Shown here: positions 14,250-30,549 of the stretch, in pieces | Position numbering within the stretch: the first letter of the stretch is position 1 | How the letters are laid out: every line of letters begins with the position of its first letter | Notes under the pieces: model-generated | The model's database searches: none | Seen by the model: the letters and a program-made list of their open reading frames with translations, nothing else | What the model was told of the DNA's origin: nothing | Made by a program: the position numbers and the translations under genes | From: the human T2T-CHM13v2.0 reference genome, Homo sapiens | Strand: one strand, 5' to 3' | NCBI RefSeq assembly: GCF_009914755.1 | Contig: NC_060932.1 | Length of the DNA: 64,000 bases

Positions 14250-14512
14250 ATATCAAATTATACAGGATGGGGTAATGTGATTGCCCATTCTCAAATCAGC
14301 CAGCAGATGTGCCGCTGCATTCTGCATGAGCAGCAAGTGACAGAAAAACCCTGCTGGAGGTCCTACTAAAAGAGAATTACAATAATCAAGCCTGCGCGCC
14401 ATCAGGGCGTGCTTTACTGCAGCAAAATTAAATACAGGAGCACACCCTGCCTAAGGCCTAAAAAACACAAAGCCGTTGTTTTAACCTTCTAAATACCATT
14501 TATCGAAAGAAG
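14250..14512 (-). mobile_element. Ancient L2-clade LINE ORF2 (post-RT domain) fossil
   Basis: Minus-strand translation SFDK...KHALMARRLDYCNSLLVGPPAGFFCHLLLMQNAAAHLLADLRMGNHITP matches the L2/CR1-group motif RLDYCNSLL..G.P....LQ..QNAAAR.....HITP. Confidence 0.8.
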
Positions 14513-15312
14513 GAGCAGAGTTAAAAAAAAAAAATTGAGATCAAGCACAGCAACATGATTGGGTTTTATTTTTCTTTGTGCCATTAAATCATTGGCTCCA
14601 ACAATCTCTGCTCTTTTTTTCCTCCTGATGGCCTTTTCCCTTGTTTATGCTGCTCCCGCGATCTTGACTTTCAATCACAAGATGTCAATCATGAGGCCGA
14701 AAGTAAGGATTTAGAAATTATTTCCTCCACACAACACTTTAAATAAAACATGTGGTAAACAGTTTTTTTGTACCTCAGAAAATACACTTCCATCATCAAA
14801 AACTGTCTTGTAACTTTTGAATATGACAAACTAGAATTTTTGCTTTAGAACTGCAGGTCTAACCACTAGGTAATGTGATCAGTTCAGTCAAATTATTGTT
14901 ATGTGTCTGAAGTTTGCAGTCAACCTCTTTTTGCACGCTATGAATTAATGATTTTCAAACTGTATTCCCAGAGCAAAGGGCTCTGCAGTGGTGAACCATA
15001 AGGACAAGCAAAGAACCACCCCCACACTCAGCCTTGCTGATTCTATGGGCACAGTCAGCCGCGTTCCCACTCCGTCCTGTCACCCCCCAACACAAGCCAC
15101 TGTCCTCTCATGCAGACCAGTACAGGAGCCTCCTTACTGCTCTCCTTGCCTCTTCTTTTGCTGCCTCCATCTGTTCGTCACACAGTAGCCCCTTATTCTT
15201 TTTAAAATATAAATTAGCTTATATTTCTCATCCTGCCTAAGCTCCTTGAGCCACCTCCAAATTCATTTCAAAGAAACTCCAAACTCCTTGCCTCACCTTG
15301 AAAGACCCTACA

Positions 15313-15785
<473 letters not shown>

Positions 15786-16211
15786 TCACTCTCCCTTACT
15801 CACAAAAAAGCTCCAACTGTGAAAGTCATTTTCTGTACCTTGAAAGTATCAAGTTCCTTTGTACCCCAAAGATTTCAGAGCTCAAGGCTTTTGCCTCTAG
15901 TACTCCCTCTGCCTGGAATGTTTTCTTCCTCCTTCTCTGCATGGCTGGCTTCTTCCAATCTTCAGGTTAAGCCTCCATGTCCCTTCCTCAAAGAGGCTGT
16001 CCCTGACCACCATGGACATTTGAAACCACGGATATTAACTCCTGTTTACAAGCCCCTCATGGGTTGGACCGCTGCCCTTTTTAATCTTTAGCTCCTAGCA
16101 AAATGATAATGCAATCAACATTTGACAGCTGAGTGAAGGAAGAAAGGAAGAAATGAAGAAATGAATGAAACAATCAGCCCATTTGTAATGAATGCTAAAA
16201 AGGAGGACATA

Positions 16212-16553
16212 GGCTGGGTGTGGTAGCTCACACCTGTAATCCCAGCGCTTTAAGAGGTGGAGGTGGAAGAAGCGCTTGAGGCCAAGAGTTGGAGACTAGC
16301 CTGGGCAACATATTGAGGTCCTGTCACTACAAAAAACAAAACAAACAAACAAAAAAAAAAACACCTGTTTTGAATTAGCTGGGCATGATGGTGCATGCAT
16401 ATAGTCCTAGCTACTCAGGAGGCTGAGGCAGGGGCACTGCTTGAGCCCAGGAGTTTGATGCTGCAGTGAGCTATGATAGCACCACTGCACTTTAGCCTGG
16501 GCAACAGAGTGAGACCCTGTCTCTAAAAAAATAATAAATAAATAAAATAAAAA
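16212..16553 (+). mobile_element. AluJ
   Basis: Alu dimer, TSD AAAAGGA(G/T)GACATA on both sides. Confidence 0.9.
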
Positions 16554-18439
16554 GGATGACATATATAACAGGCAGGCCTAACTATTTCAGTGATGTCATT
16601 AGGGCCTGAAATTTAAAATTGAACTGAATTCTGCATAATCTGAACGATTTATTTGCATGTTCTTTCCTCCCACATCCTCAGGGAAGAGGACATCGAAAGG
16701 AATTGGGAGTAAACTTTGGATCTGGTTAGGCACACCCTGAGTAGCCTTGCCTCCTATTTGATGGGCCAAACTAACACAAACATCTGGGGGGCTCCTGAGC
16801 TTCCTCCTACAGCAGCTTTCAGCAGGCTTGATTTATGCAGCAATCTTTCCTTATTGGCCCGTGGTCCCTCCTTGTGTGTGGCTCAGGCAGCATATTCTTA
16901 CCCAATTCTGTGAGGTCTCCTGGAACACATATAACATCTGGCAGCATCCTGAAATCACACGTCTGGATGCTGCAAAGGTATCTCCATATATTACCTTCCT
17001 GCTCTGCAGGGAGAAATGTTATTTTTGGTTGAAATCACTTTTTCATTTATCTCAGGTCAAAGGAAGTTCATTTTCCCCATTGTTCAATTTTCCTCCGAGT
17101 CAAATTTTTTAGTTTTGTCTCATTTTAAAATAAACCATTTTTAAATATGCTATTTTACATATATATGTAGTTAGAAACAAGGGCATGTAATTAGACAACT
17201 GATAATGATTGTTATTATTATAGCTATCATTTCATCATGTATCAGGCACTTACTCTAGGCCACCCTCTGTACAAGGCACTTCACATTTATTATATTTAAA
17301 CATTCTATCAACAAATGTAACTTATGAGAATATACATACATATTATGAAAATTAAGTCATTTTAAATTGTAATTCACCATGCAATGTCAAGGTTTTTCCT
17401 CACACACAATTTATCAATACACTTACCATTTTTTCAGTTTCAAAAAGATTGTTAATTTAAGTCTGCCATCATTCATATTGGGCAGAAACTCACCTACCAG
17501 AAAGTTTCAGCTCAGTAGAAAAAAGAAAGAAGAAAACAATTTATTGTAAAAATTCTAGTACCAAGTGATATAACAACTTTCACAAAAGATGTTGGTTTTA
17601 AAATTGAAAGTCCACACTCAGATTTTATGACAAAACTATAGAGCCTTCCTTCACCTCCACAAACTGACCAAATTATAAAGTAATGCTCAGGCCATTTGGA
17701 AGAAATCCATGTTTTTCCATTTCTGTTTCAATAATTTAATTTGATCAAATGTTGAGAAGATGGAATCTGAAAAAATCATAAAGTATAAAATAGAATGATG
17801 ATTTAGTTCTTTTAAATACTGAAGCTAAGATGAAGACAAATGGATTTTCTTGAAAAATAATGTGTGGCATATATAATTTAGCCCCCAAAATATTTTGGAG
17901 AGGAACAATTTATTCAAGAGGACCTGATATGTTTGCATAGAAAAGTATCTGGTGGTCAGTCCCAACTCTGTTATAATTATTTCTTAACCCTTTATCCTTA
18001 TGTCCTTGCCAATCTGTACGTACTTTTCCTTCTTGTGCTTTAAATTCTTTCTTTTCCATGTTTTTCATTGCTTCCTGGGGGAATGCGAGGGGAATTAGGG
18101 GCAGGGGAAGGATTCATCAATTCGTAGTTTTTCCTAGCTCATGTGATGAGTAGTAAGCACCAGGATATTTCCTATCAGAGCCAGTCACCTGCAACCTCAG
18201 GGCCCGAGAGCATTGTCTTTAGCAGTCCTGCAGCTCCCTTCCTAGGGTCCTCTTCACAGCTGAAGATAGGCCCCTTCCTCTCCCCCAGAGACACTAGCTC
18301 CACCCCAACCTTGCTCATGACCTATTACTTCAAGGCTTGTTCTCTAAAAGGTGCCTGACTGTGGCTTGCTCACTCTCCACCTCTTTACTTAGAATTATTT
18401 TGTGGCTCATTCTTCCAAATATTGCCTTTCCAGGAGTCA

Positions 18440-18720
18440 CTGAGCCTAAGTGGAAAAGACATGGGCTTTCGAGCTCAATGTCACTAGATTTGAATCCTGG
18501 CTATGCAGCCCATAGCTGTGTAATTTTGGGCAACTTACTTCATCTTTCTGAGACCTAGGATGTAAAATGTCTCCTGGATGTAAAATTCAGTCTCCCTGGA
18601 TGTAAAATGAGACTAACAATTTTTTCTACGTTTGTTGATAGAATGTTTAAATATCATAAATGTGAAGTGCCTTGTACATAGGCTGGCCTAGAGTGCCTGA
18701 TATATGATGAAATGATAGCT
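18440..18720 (+). mobile_element. MIR with local triplication of GGATGTAAAAT
   Basis: TTGAATCCTGGCT..TTGGGCAACTTACTTCATCTTTCTGAG; GGATGTAAAAT x3 at ~18558-18610. Confidence 0.75.
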
Positions 18721-19079
18721 ATAATAATAACAATCATTATCAGTTGTCTAACTTTCAGGTTGGAAAATGTCTAATCAACAAATAAATGTAAGCATATGAA
18801 AAGTTATTATCACGTTGGCACTAAACCTATCTGGGAGCATTTTTGACCCAGGGCCATTACTGTTCTTTGAAGAAATACTACACAAACCTTCATCTACCAT
18901 TTTTCATCCTAAGATCAGGCTTAATTTACTCCCATGAATATCATTTAAAAAGGTTTTGTACCCAGCAGATTCTAGAAAACATTGGTTGCAAATTAGGGTG
19001 ACAAAACTGAGATGAACAAACATCTAGAAAAAGGGCACCAAAAAATAAAACCCAGAAATGATCCATGAACCAAGAAATT

Positions 19080-20236
<1,157 letters not shown>

Positions 20237-20989
20237 TCACAAGTGCATAAGGTACCTAGATTGACTGCAAGTCCCGATTTGCCATCTACAAACCAGTGTC
20301 TTTACTTGCTACCATGCCCATCTGTCAAATAAAATGTCTTAAATTACTATTGTCAATTTTCGATAAACACATTGAGCTTTGGAGTGAGACACATAGCTAG
20401 GTTCCTAAGTAATACTCCTTTCAAATTATTTGTTATATTATGTCCTATGTCTCTGCCACCAACTTTTTAATTAATTAATGCAGATGTAAGACTATATGCA
20501 CACAAATTATTTGATAATCTTGAATAAAACAGCAATTGTTTTTGATCAAATAATCACTTTTTTCAGTGTTGTAAAAATCAAATGGACTTATCTGTTCAAT
20601 AAAGGTGATTGAATTAGTTGTCCTATTGACAAAAGTTTCTCGTTAAAAAAAAAAATCTACAATTGCATAAGAAGTGAATGTTCTTACCTATTGGAGTTTG
20701 AGGTATCAAAAAACAAACAAAATTTCTAAAACTGGAATACCCAAACAATAGCTTGAAGCATTCATAAGTGGTGGGAAAATTTATAATAGAGTAAAAGATC
20801 CATCAAAAATTGGTTAATAGTTGTGAGGTCTAGATTTCTGGATGTAAATTTTAAAAAAAGAAAAAGAAAGAAAAGAGAAAGGAAATTGGTTAATAGTGTT
20901 CCCTCTCCTCAGTAGCCATACTATTGAATGGAGACTTTGCGAATCACTCACTGTTTTAAAATATTGGTGTGTTAAATGCCAGTCGATAG

Positions 20990-21165
20990 GGGAGTGACTA
21001 AACATGGGAACAACATTTCTTTTGGAGGTGATGGAAATATTCTTAAATTAGGTTGTGGTGGAGGTTACACAACTCTGTAGATATGCTAAATTTCATTGAC
21101 TTGTACACTTAAAACAGGTGCATTTTATGATATGTGAATTACATTCTCAACAAAGCTGTTGAGAA
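20990..21165 (+). mobile_element. L1M 3' end fragment
   Basis: TTTTGGAGGTGATGGAAATATTCT..TGTACACTTAAAACAGGTG..CTCAACAAAGCTGTT. Confidence 0.8.
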
Positions 21166-21754
21166 AAGTCAATCAGTAGAAGCTATGTTTCCAATCACAC
21201 ACCAGTCCTCTTTCTTTCTTCAAAAGAAAGGAACCTGCAAACAAATAGCCACCACCTTCTCCTGTGTGAAGAGTGCTCCAGGGAGCAGTCCTTGGAATCC
21301 TGAGGGAGAAAACAAATGCCATCAACAACCACAACAAAAACATGGTGGGCGACTTGAAAAATTATCAATAGTCTCAGCCTGCACAAGTTTGAAATATTCT
21401 TGGAGATGTAGCAGCAGTCATGGGAAGCCATAGGAAGAATGCAAGGAAAGCCATGGAATGTCCATTAGAGATGCTAGCAAGAACTTCCAATAGGAAAAGG
21501 GTCGGTTGGGCACTCTCAGGGGAACAATGAAGCACGGGGACTTGCAACGTGACTGGAATGAAAAAATACTGAATTTGAATACACAAAAAGAAAACTTGGG
21601 CAGAGATGGCATGAACTATGGCCAAGAAGTGGAACAATCACAGAAAGAGGTACAAGGCAGGGAGGAGGTGTGGTGTAAGAGGAGCCTTACCATTGTTGGG
21701 GGAAGAGTGAGGATCATGACAGTCATGTCAGGGTCTTCAAACTATACCAGCAAT

Positions 21755-22058
21755 GGCTGGGCTCAGTGGCTCACTCACACCTGTCATCGTACTTTGGGAG
21801 GCTGAGGCAGGCAGATCACTAGAGCCCAGAAGTTCGATACCAGTTTGAACAACGTAGCAAAACCCCATCCTTACAAAAAACACAAGAAATTAGCCAGGCA
21901 TGGTGGTGCAGGCCTGTGGTCGCAGCTACGCAGGAGGCCAAGGTAGGAGGATCATTTGAGCCTGGGAAGTCAAGGCTGCAGCAAGCTATGATCATGCCAC
22001 TGCACTGAGCCTGTGCAACAGAGTGAGACCCTGTCTCAAAAAAAATAAAAATAAAAAT
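21755..22058 (+). mobile_element. AluJ
   Basis: Diverged Alu dimer with A tail. Confidence 0.9.
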
Positions 22059-25000
22059 CTAAGAGAAAAGTCAGTATTTGCTCTTACCAGCAATAGGGTC
22101 TAAACTCTAAGTTCTAGAAAAGATGAGGAAAAAGATAAAAAGCAATGTTGTAGATAAACTAATTTGAATCTGACCTGTCAAATCCAGTGTGAGAAGGAGA
22201 GAATGACAATTATTTTAATGATCCCAAAGAGGAAACGTTTTAGAGAAAGAATGTAGTGAAGGTTTATAGGAGGACCAAAGGAGAGGAAAGATTTCAAATG
22301 GCCACTGATTTTTGAACCTGATGGAAGAAACAGAAATAAATCTTATTAAAAATACTATTGTTTGGAAGAGAGAAAGGTTAGTTTATGTCTCCAATATTGA
22401 AATTGAAAACAGAACTTCTGAGCAAAACTATTCTATCCAATAGTGACTGGTTCGAGAAGGGGAAGGGAGGAAGAGGAAATAATATAATACCTGCATCCTT
22501 ACCCTTCCTTGTCTCATTCTTAGGTATGAGGCACTGAGTCCGGCTCCAGAAAATATTCTGAGTCCTCAGAACTTCAGCTTTTAAAGATATTTGGTTTCTT
22601 CAAGTAAATTGAGTTATGAAAGAGTTAAAGTATAAATTAACAACAATTCCAATGTCTTGAACATATAATTCAATAACTGTGTGTTATTACCAGTTAAAGC
22701 ACTTTTCAAGGCATGCAACTCTATTGGTTCTACAAGTAGATTTGCTTCATGTGATTTTCCTCTAGAAAATTAATAATTTTGGCACTGTGTTTTTGATGTT
22801 CTTTCTAACCTGTGTTGTAGAAGGATATTGTTGCAACTGCTGCTTTGTGTATTCTGTCTCTTGAAGATGATTTCTCACTTACTAAGTTTGAAATCTAAAT
22901 CATGGGGTTGGCTGAGGCTGTTCCCAGACAGCAATATCGCCGAGTTAGGATGAAGTTAAAAAATTTGTGTTGTCATTTTGGATTTTTAACTTTATTCAGA
23001 AAAAAAAAATCCTGCATAATCTTAGAATTGCAGGCATGTGAGGTGTAGACTAATATTTTGTCTCAGATGAACAGTTTTTGCTCGTTCTGAAGGATCTGCA
23101 GGGCATGCGCTACTGAAACGGCTCATTCCCAAACTAAGCAATAAATCTAGAATTGACAGCTACACAATTCCATCATAAGTCAAGGAGGCATTGTGTTCGG
23201 TGCTCAGGCCGTCAGGTAACTAGAAACTAAGAGGGGAACAGGAATAGCCTCTCCACTGTTAGGAGAGATGTCAGAGATCATTTTTAGATTATAATCTATT
23301 CAAAATCACTAGATTTGGGAATATATGGGACACTTTTAAGTGTTTTTAATGCTAATAGCAGAACTCAACAAAAATTCAGCTTAGCTCCTAAAATTTAGTT
23401 AGGTTACCCTCTTAAACAACAGCATCAAGAACTGATTGATTGGTTTTTTATTTAGACATTTTTAAGAAAAACCAATATGATTCAAGGTTTTGTGAAAAAC
23501 AATGAATTTTTTTAAACCTTTTAATGGAAGTTAAACCTGCCTTATTCTAATTTATGCATTTAGGTTTGGGGCTATGAATATCGTTTGGTCAAATACCACC
23601 CCCCCTAAAAAAAGAACTTATATTTTAAATACACAGATTCACATTTATGTAAATATAATACATTTATAACTTAACTAAGAAAAAACTGCTAAAGTAGATT
23701 TAATTTATACTTAAACCAACATTTAGTAAAATAAATAAAATTACATATTGGAATCATCAGTCACTAGAGTTACAAAAATCACAAGTTTATTAATGATAAA
23801 TTTTCTTCACGATTTTGCTTTTCATGAAAATGCTTAAGACATTTTTCATGAAGTCATCTCTGGAATTTTTACAAAAGGTAGGCAGATATTTCTAATGGTG
23901 GTATATCATTTTATTTATCTATTGTGCAGATGTATACATCTGCTCTATAACACTCTGTTTAGCTTATTGCCACAGCATTAGAAAGAAAATGGCAAACTGT
24001 TTCCAGAAAACTGATTCTCATCTGCATCCTTTAAGACTAAAGGATGTCTTCTGGCTTAAAAAGAAAGGGAAATATACAAAGACAAAAATATCAAATGGGT
24101 GATACAATTTGAAGTTTCTTTAAAAACTATTGTTGGAATCAGAATTGCAGAATTTTAGCTGGAAGATATTGTCAATTATACAGATTTTAAAACAACAACA
24201 ACAACAACAACTCCAAAAGGCAACTCATGGGGAACGGCACGATTTAATGAAGATCTCTAAGGCAGAGAGCTAGTTTTCCCTACCACTTGCCATCAGAATC
24301 AGAAAATAACTCTTCTATAGAAATATCCAAAATGTGGAGGGACTATTTGCAAATTTTACATAAATTTGTGAAGTTACTGCCTAGAAGATGTGATTACAAA
24401 CAAGTAAAAATCTAGCACATCTAACTCTCAGGTAGTTCAACATCGAATTTGTTATATGAGACATCAGAACATTTATAAATGGACAATCAGGAAGGCTTTT
24501 TTGACAGTAAACCAGCAACATCTACTGTCTGGAAATGGAAATAGCAAGGGAAGGCATTTCCTACACTGTATGCATGGGGCCCTGGGAAAAGGCGATGCGT
24601 TGTCACAGGTGCAGCTAAGACGTGAAGCAAAGTGAGCCTGGCTAGTGAGAGGTTGAGTACTCTGCAGACTGAAGAGAAGGAAGAGAAGAAAAACAGGAAG
24701 AGGGGGATTTACTTAGCGCAAGCACTGAATCTGCAAAGATACCAAGAAAGGAGGGAGGAAGGCAGGGTGCTGGGGACAGTGTCACCAGCAAGAACTATTT
24801 TTTTCTCTGAGCACTTACCTCTTTTCAGAGAAAATCTCCCTCCTGTGCCATCTACTTTATATCTTTCTGTTCTCTCCTTTCCCACTCTCCTCCCTAACTG
24901 CATCTCCTGCAAATCTTTTTGAACTGAAAATATTGATGATCTGAGGTTTTTTAAATTGCTTCATAAATCAAGGAATTTCTAGCTTTAGGATAATACAGTG

Positions 25001-25759
25001 AACATTTACAGCTAGGCCTACCCTTGCAGGCCATCTACTCTGTATTTAACAGATGAAGAAACAAGCTAAGAAAATTTGGGTGATGTTGGGGTCACCCCAC
25101 TGGTGAGAGACAAAACCCCATCTGGATACCAGACTTCCTCACGGATTGGGCCCAGTAAGAATAAATTTCCCTGTAAGGTGGCCATACCTACAAAAGTGTC
25201 CTCAAAAGTTTCCACACCCCTACTCTGTTTCTATTTCTTTTGCATATGCTTGGAATTTCAGAAGCTCAATAGAATTATACATTTTCCTCATACACACTTT
25301 CCTCATTTTCTCTGAACTATTTTGAGGAAAATCAGAATTTAATATGAACACATAGCTTAGAAAGAAAACAAAATGGGCAGTTATCATTAAGTCAATGTAT
25401 CTAATACGATATATTTCTGAAAAGAAGAAATCTAAATTTTAAGTTTTTATGGTCTTTTTTTAACACACACAACAAAAGGAAACACCTAGCTTTTTATCTT
25501 TAATTCCTTCTATCTTTATGCAATTTTCTGCCATAACACTGTCACTCATTGTGGAATGAAATTCCCTAGACAATCAGGAAATAGACTTTTTTTTTTTAAA
25601 GCAAGTAGCTTAAGATGGGCTGGGTGCTTGGCTTTATGGTAAAGTTTCTAAATGATAATTTTAATTAATCAGTGTTCTAAAGATGATGTATCTCCTAATA
25701 TGTACTTTATCTGCAAGTATAAAGCTCTAAACAAACCTTTCCTTTTTAACACCCTTTTA

Positions 25760-26322
25760 CTGTAAATTAGTACAACCATTGTGGAAGACAGTGTGGTGAT
25801 TCCTCAAGGATCTAGAACCAGAATACCATTTGTCCCAGCAATCCCATTACTGGATATATACCCAAAGGATTATAAATCATGCTACTATAAAGACACATGC
25901 ACACGTATGTTTATTGCGGCACTATTCACAACAGCAAAGACTTGGAACCAACCCGAATGCCCATCAATGATAGACTGGATTAAGAAAATGTGGCACATAT
26001 ACACCATGAAATACTATGCAGCCATAAAAAAAGGATGAGTTCATGTCCTTTGCAGGGACATAGATGAAGCTGGAAACCATCTCAGCAAACTAACACAGGA
26101 ACAGAAAACCAAACACCGCATGTTCTCACTCATGAGTGGGTGTTGAACAATGAGAACGCATGGACACAGAGCGGGGAACATCATACACTGGGGCCTGTCA
26201 GCGGGTGGGGGGCTAGGGAAGGGATAGCATTAGGAGAAATGTAGATGACGAGTTGATGGATGCAGCAAACCACCATGGCACGTGTATACCTATGTAACAA
26301 ACCTGCACGTTCTGCACATGTG
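25760..26322 (+). mobile_element. L1PA (L1PA7/8-like) 3' fragment: ORF2 end plus 3'UTR, last bases missing
   Basis: Translates ..[31 protein letters not shown]..; 3'UTR GGGGGCTAGGGAAGGGATAGCATTAGGAGAAAT. Confidence 0.9.
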
Positions 26323-26494
26323 AAAAAAGAAAGGAAGACTTTGTTCCCCTTTTTTTCCAGAAACACCCTGGAGAGGAAATTTTTAATGTCAAAATGTAAA
26401 GCTATCCAGTTGTTTTCATTGTGGTCCTTCCATAAACAAGAGATAACAAGGCCAGGGTATTATTCGAATCCATTCTAGGTTTAGAAGCTAACAG

Positions 26495-27379
<885 letters not shown>

Positions 27380-28546
27380 AAACCAAGAATTCTAATTTAA
27401 GCTGAGATTAATCGACTAAATAAATGAGAGTTTAATAAGATAAAGCCTTCTTGCTCTAGAAGCAAAACTCTATAATGTTCCTATGAGTATTTCTATTTCT
27501 CTTATTTTTTTCTTTACTCCAAAATAAAATTGCAAAACTTTTCAAGGGCAAGGCTTTATGGGAAATATTTGCGTTCAGATGAATGAAAGGTGAAATTAAT
27601 TTTTATTTTACAAATCCTACTAAAACTCTCAGTATTTTCCAAGTCTCGTCGTGGCATATCAAGTTACCCAAATTTGCCCAGATCCAAGTTTACCTTCAAT
27701 GAATGAGAGAACTGCTTCTTTAGTATAGGCTCACTAGATCTTCATGCAACTCACTATTTTGCAATAGAGTGAGAAATCTAAATGTTTCCATTCAAAATTC
27801 CTGTAACAGGCTTAGTTCTCAGTTGTTTACCAGCACAGAAATCTAAATTTTCAATGACAAAAACCACATTGTGAGGCCTAGTGCTACTGCAAATCTTCAG
27901 GACACTTCTATGGCCAGAACTGACCAATACCATATGCCACATTATGTAAACAAATATGTACCAATGGGCTCAATTGTATAAACCACAGGAGGAAACAAAA
28001 ATGATGAGCTGAACAGATGTCTTTGAAACATAATCATTTCTCTGGCAATCCAGGAGACAAAGACCCTTTGGTCTGTGGAAATAAGTTGGAAATCTTTATA
28101 CACTCACTCTTTATTTAAAAAAAAAAAAGACAATTAGTTGGCTTTTCATAAACTTAACTGATCTAGGTAAATGTGAATTAATTTAGCTAGTGCCTTTCTA
28201 CACATGTTGGAAGGAATCATTCATTTCCCTTGACATTAGTTCTAGGCTCAGATCCAATGCCTATATACTCTGATTCATTTCTACTGTATTCATTTAATGC
28301 TGTGATCTATTTATTCCTTTATTTATTAAATATTTGTAGGCCTCCTACTGCGTGCTAAGCACTAGGGATACAGTTGTGAACACAATAGACAAAAATCTCT
28401 ATCCTCATGGAACTTGCAATCTAGACAGGAAATAAACCAGATGAGTTTTTAAAATATAGAATGCTAGATGTATGATGTGCTAAGGAAAAAATAGTAATGA
28501 AGCAGAAAAAGGAGCTACAAAATGTTGTGGCACAGGATGATTTTAG

Positions 28547-28867
<321 letters not shown>

Positions 28868-29229
28868 AAAAAGGTGATTTTTGAGTCAAGATCTCAATGA
28901 AGGGAAAAAACTAGCCATGCCAGTATGTGGGGGCAACACTCCTGGCCAAGGGAGCAGCAAGTGCGAAGGCCTAGACATAGAAACTCTGCTACCCGCAGTG
29001 CTGAGCACCACAGAGGATAGAAAGAGAAATCAACTCCAAGAGCTTAACATCTAGTCAAGAAGGTTAGCACACAAAAGTCTTGAAACTAACATCATGTAGA
29101 CTTTTTAAGAGTTAAAAGAAAGATGCAAACATGACTCCATAGCAGTTCAGGAAAGGAAGCAATCATATTGTTGAGAAGGCTCAGCTGGTAGGGTGAGGTG
29201 GGGTTGGGAGTTAAAAACACTCCACAGAG

Positions 29230-29525
29230 GGGTCAGGCACAGTGGTTCACACCTGTAATCCCACACTTTGGGAGGCTGAGGCAAGAGGATCGCTTGAGCC
29301 CAGGAGGTCAATACCAGCCTGGGCAACATAGTGAGATGTGAGACCCCATCTCTACAAAAAAATTAAAAATTAGCCAGGCTTGGTGACCCACAACTGTAGT
29401 CCCAGCGACTTGGGAGTCTGAGGTGGGAGGATCACTTGAGCCCAGGAGGTTGAGGCTGCAGTGAAATATAATCACACCCTGCAACAGAGGGAGACTCTGT
29501 CTCAAAAAAAAGTTAAAAAATAAAA
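29230..29525 (+). mobile_element. AluJ
   Basis: Alu dimer with J-type right arm. Confidence 0.9.
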
Positions 29526-29644
29526 TTAATATTTTTTTCAATGCTCCGTAGGGGCTTAAGTTTGAGAGGAGTCTTTACAAAGCATGTGAGTCAATGAAGT
29601 GGGACCCAGGGGTCAACTACAGTCAGGACCAAAAAAGGGAAAAA

Positions 29645-29895
29645 CATATAAATATTAAATATTATGCAGATATATAAATGTACAAATATTATATGTAATA
29701 TAAATATTATGTAATATGTATTGTACATATAAAATGTTATAATATAAATATATAATTATTGTACACATAAAATCTTATATTACATATAAAATGTACAAAT
29801 ATATGTAATACAAATATTATGTATTTATATTATATTATATTATGTAATATTTGTATTACATATAAAATGTTTGGCCATATATTAAATATATACTA
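29645..29895. repeat. AT-rich low-complexity tract containing a 20-bp perfect inverted repeat
   Basis: TATATGTAATACAAATATTA (29800-29819) and its reverse complement (29845-29864). Confidence 0.85.
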
Positions 29896-30011
29896 TTTCC
29901 CCATGCATAGAACTTTCCTTGGTACCTCAAATGTGTTATGAGTAGGGCTTCTTCTTACATTCGTTAATTGAGAAAAAGAGGTGGAAAGTTATTTGTCAAA
30001 TATAAAGTCCT

Positions 30012-30128
30012 CACTGAATGCAGTGGCTCACACCTGTAATCCCAGCACATTGAGAGGCCAAGGCAGGCGGATCACTTCAGGCCAGGAGTTTGAGACCAGC
30101 CTGGCCAACATGGCAAGACTAAAAAAAA
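30012..30128 (+). mobile_element. Alu left monomer
   Basis: GTGGCTCACACCTGTAATCCCAGCAC...CAGCCTGGCCAACATGG + A run. Confidence 0.85.
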
Positions 30129-30376
30129 GTGATGCTGACATTTATATTAAGATTCAGGTCAAGATGATATTACATATTCTTTTTGTAAATTTAATATTTT
30201 AAAGCAATACTTTTAAGTTTTACTTTTAGCTTGAAAGTAATTTTATTCTAAAAGAATAAAGAAAAGACCAAGGAAGATTTCCATTGTCTTATTTGGGGGC
30301 TTATTAATTACAATTAAACAGAAAAGCTACCTCTACAATTTTCATTTGCCCTATACATAGTTCAAAAGCAATCGTT

Positions 30377-30395
30377 TGCTGCCCCCTGCTGTAAA
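30377..30395 (-). promoter_or_regulatory. Candidate CTCF binding motif
   Basis: Minus strand TTTACAGCAGGGGGCAGCA vs consensus CCASYAGRKGGCRS; in non-repeat sequence. Confidence 0.6.
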
Positions 30396-30549
30396 GAGAT
30401 TCCTTATCTTTCAATAAAACTGGCTTTAAAAGAAAAAAATTACTTTTGCAAAGAATTGCAGTATCATACTTTACTGCATTTTAAGTCTAAATATCAAATA
30501 TCATGGCTTCTTTGGCATGCGGATTTAGAATTTTTTCTTTTAATTTTCA

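Noticed and set aside
17390-17900. Possible ancient DNA-transposon relic (AAAGTTTCAGCTCAG, AAACTGACCAAATT)
   Set aside because: No terminal inverted repeats or TSD identifiable by eye; would need a Dfam search
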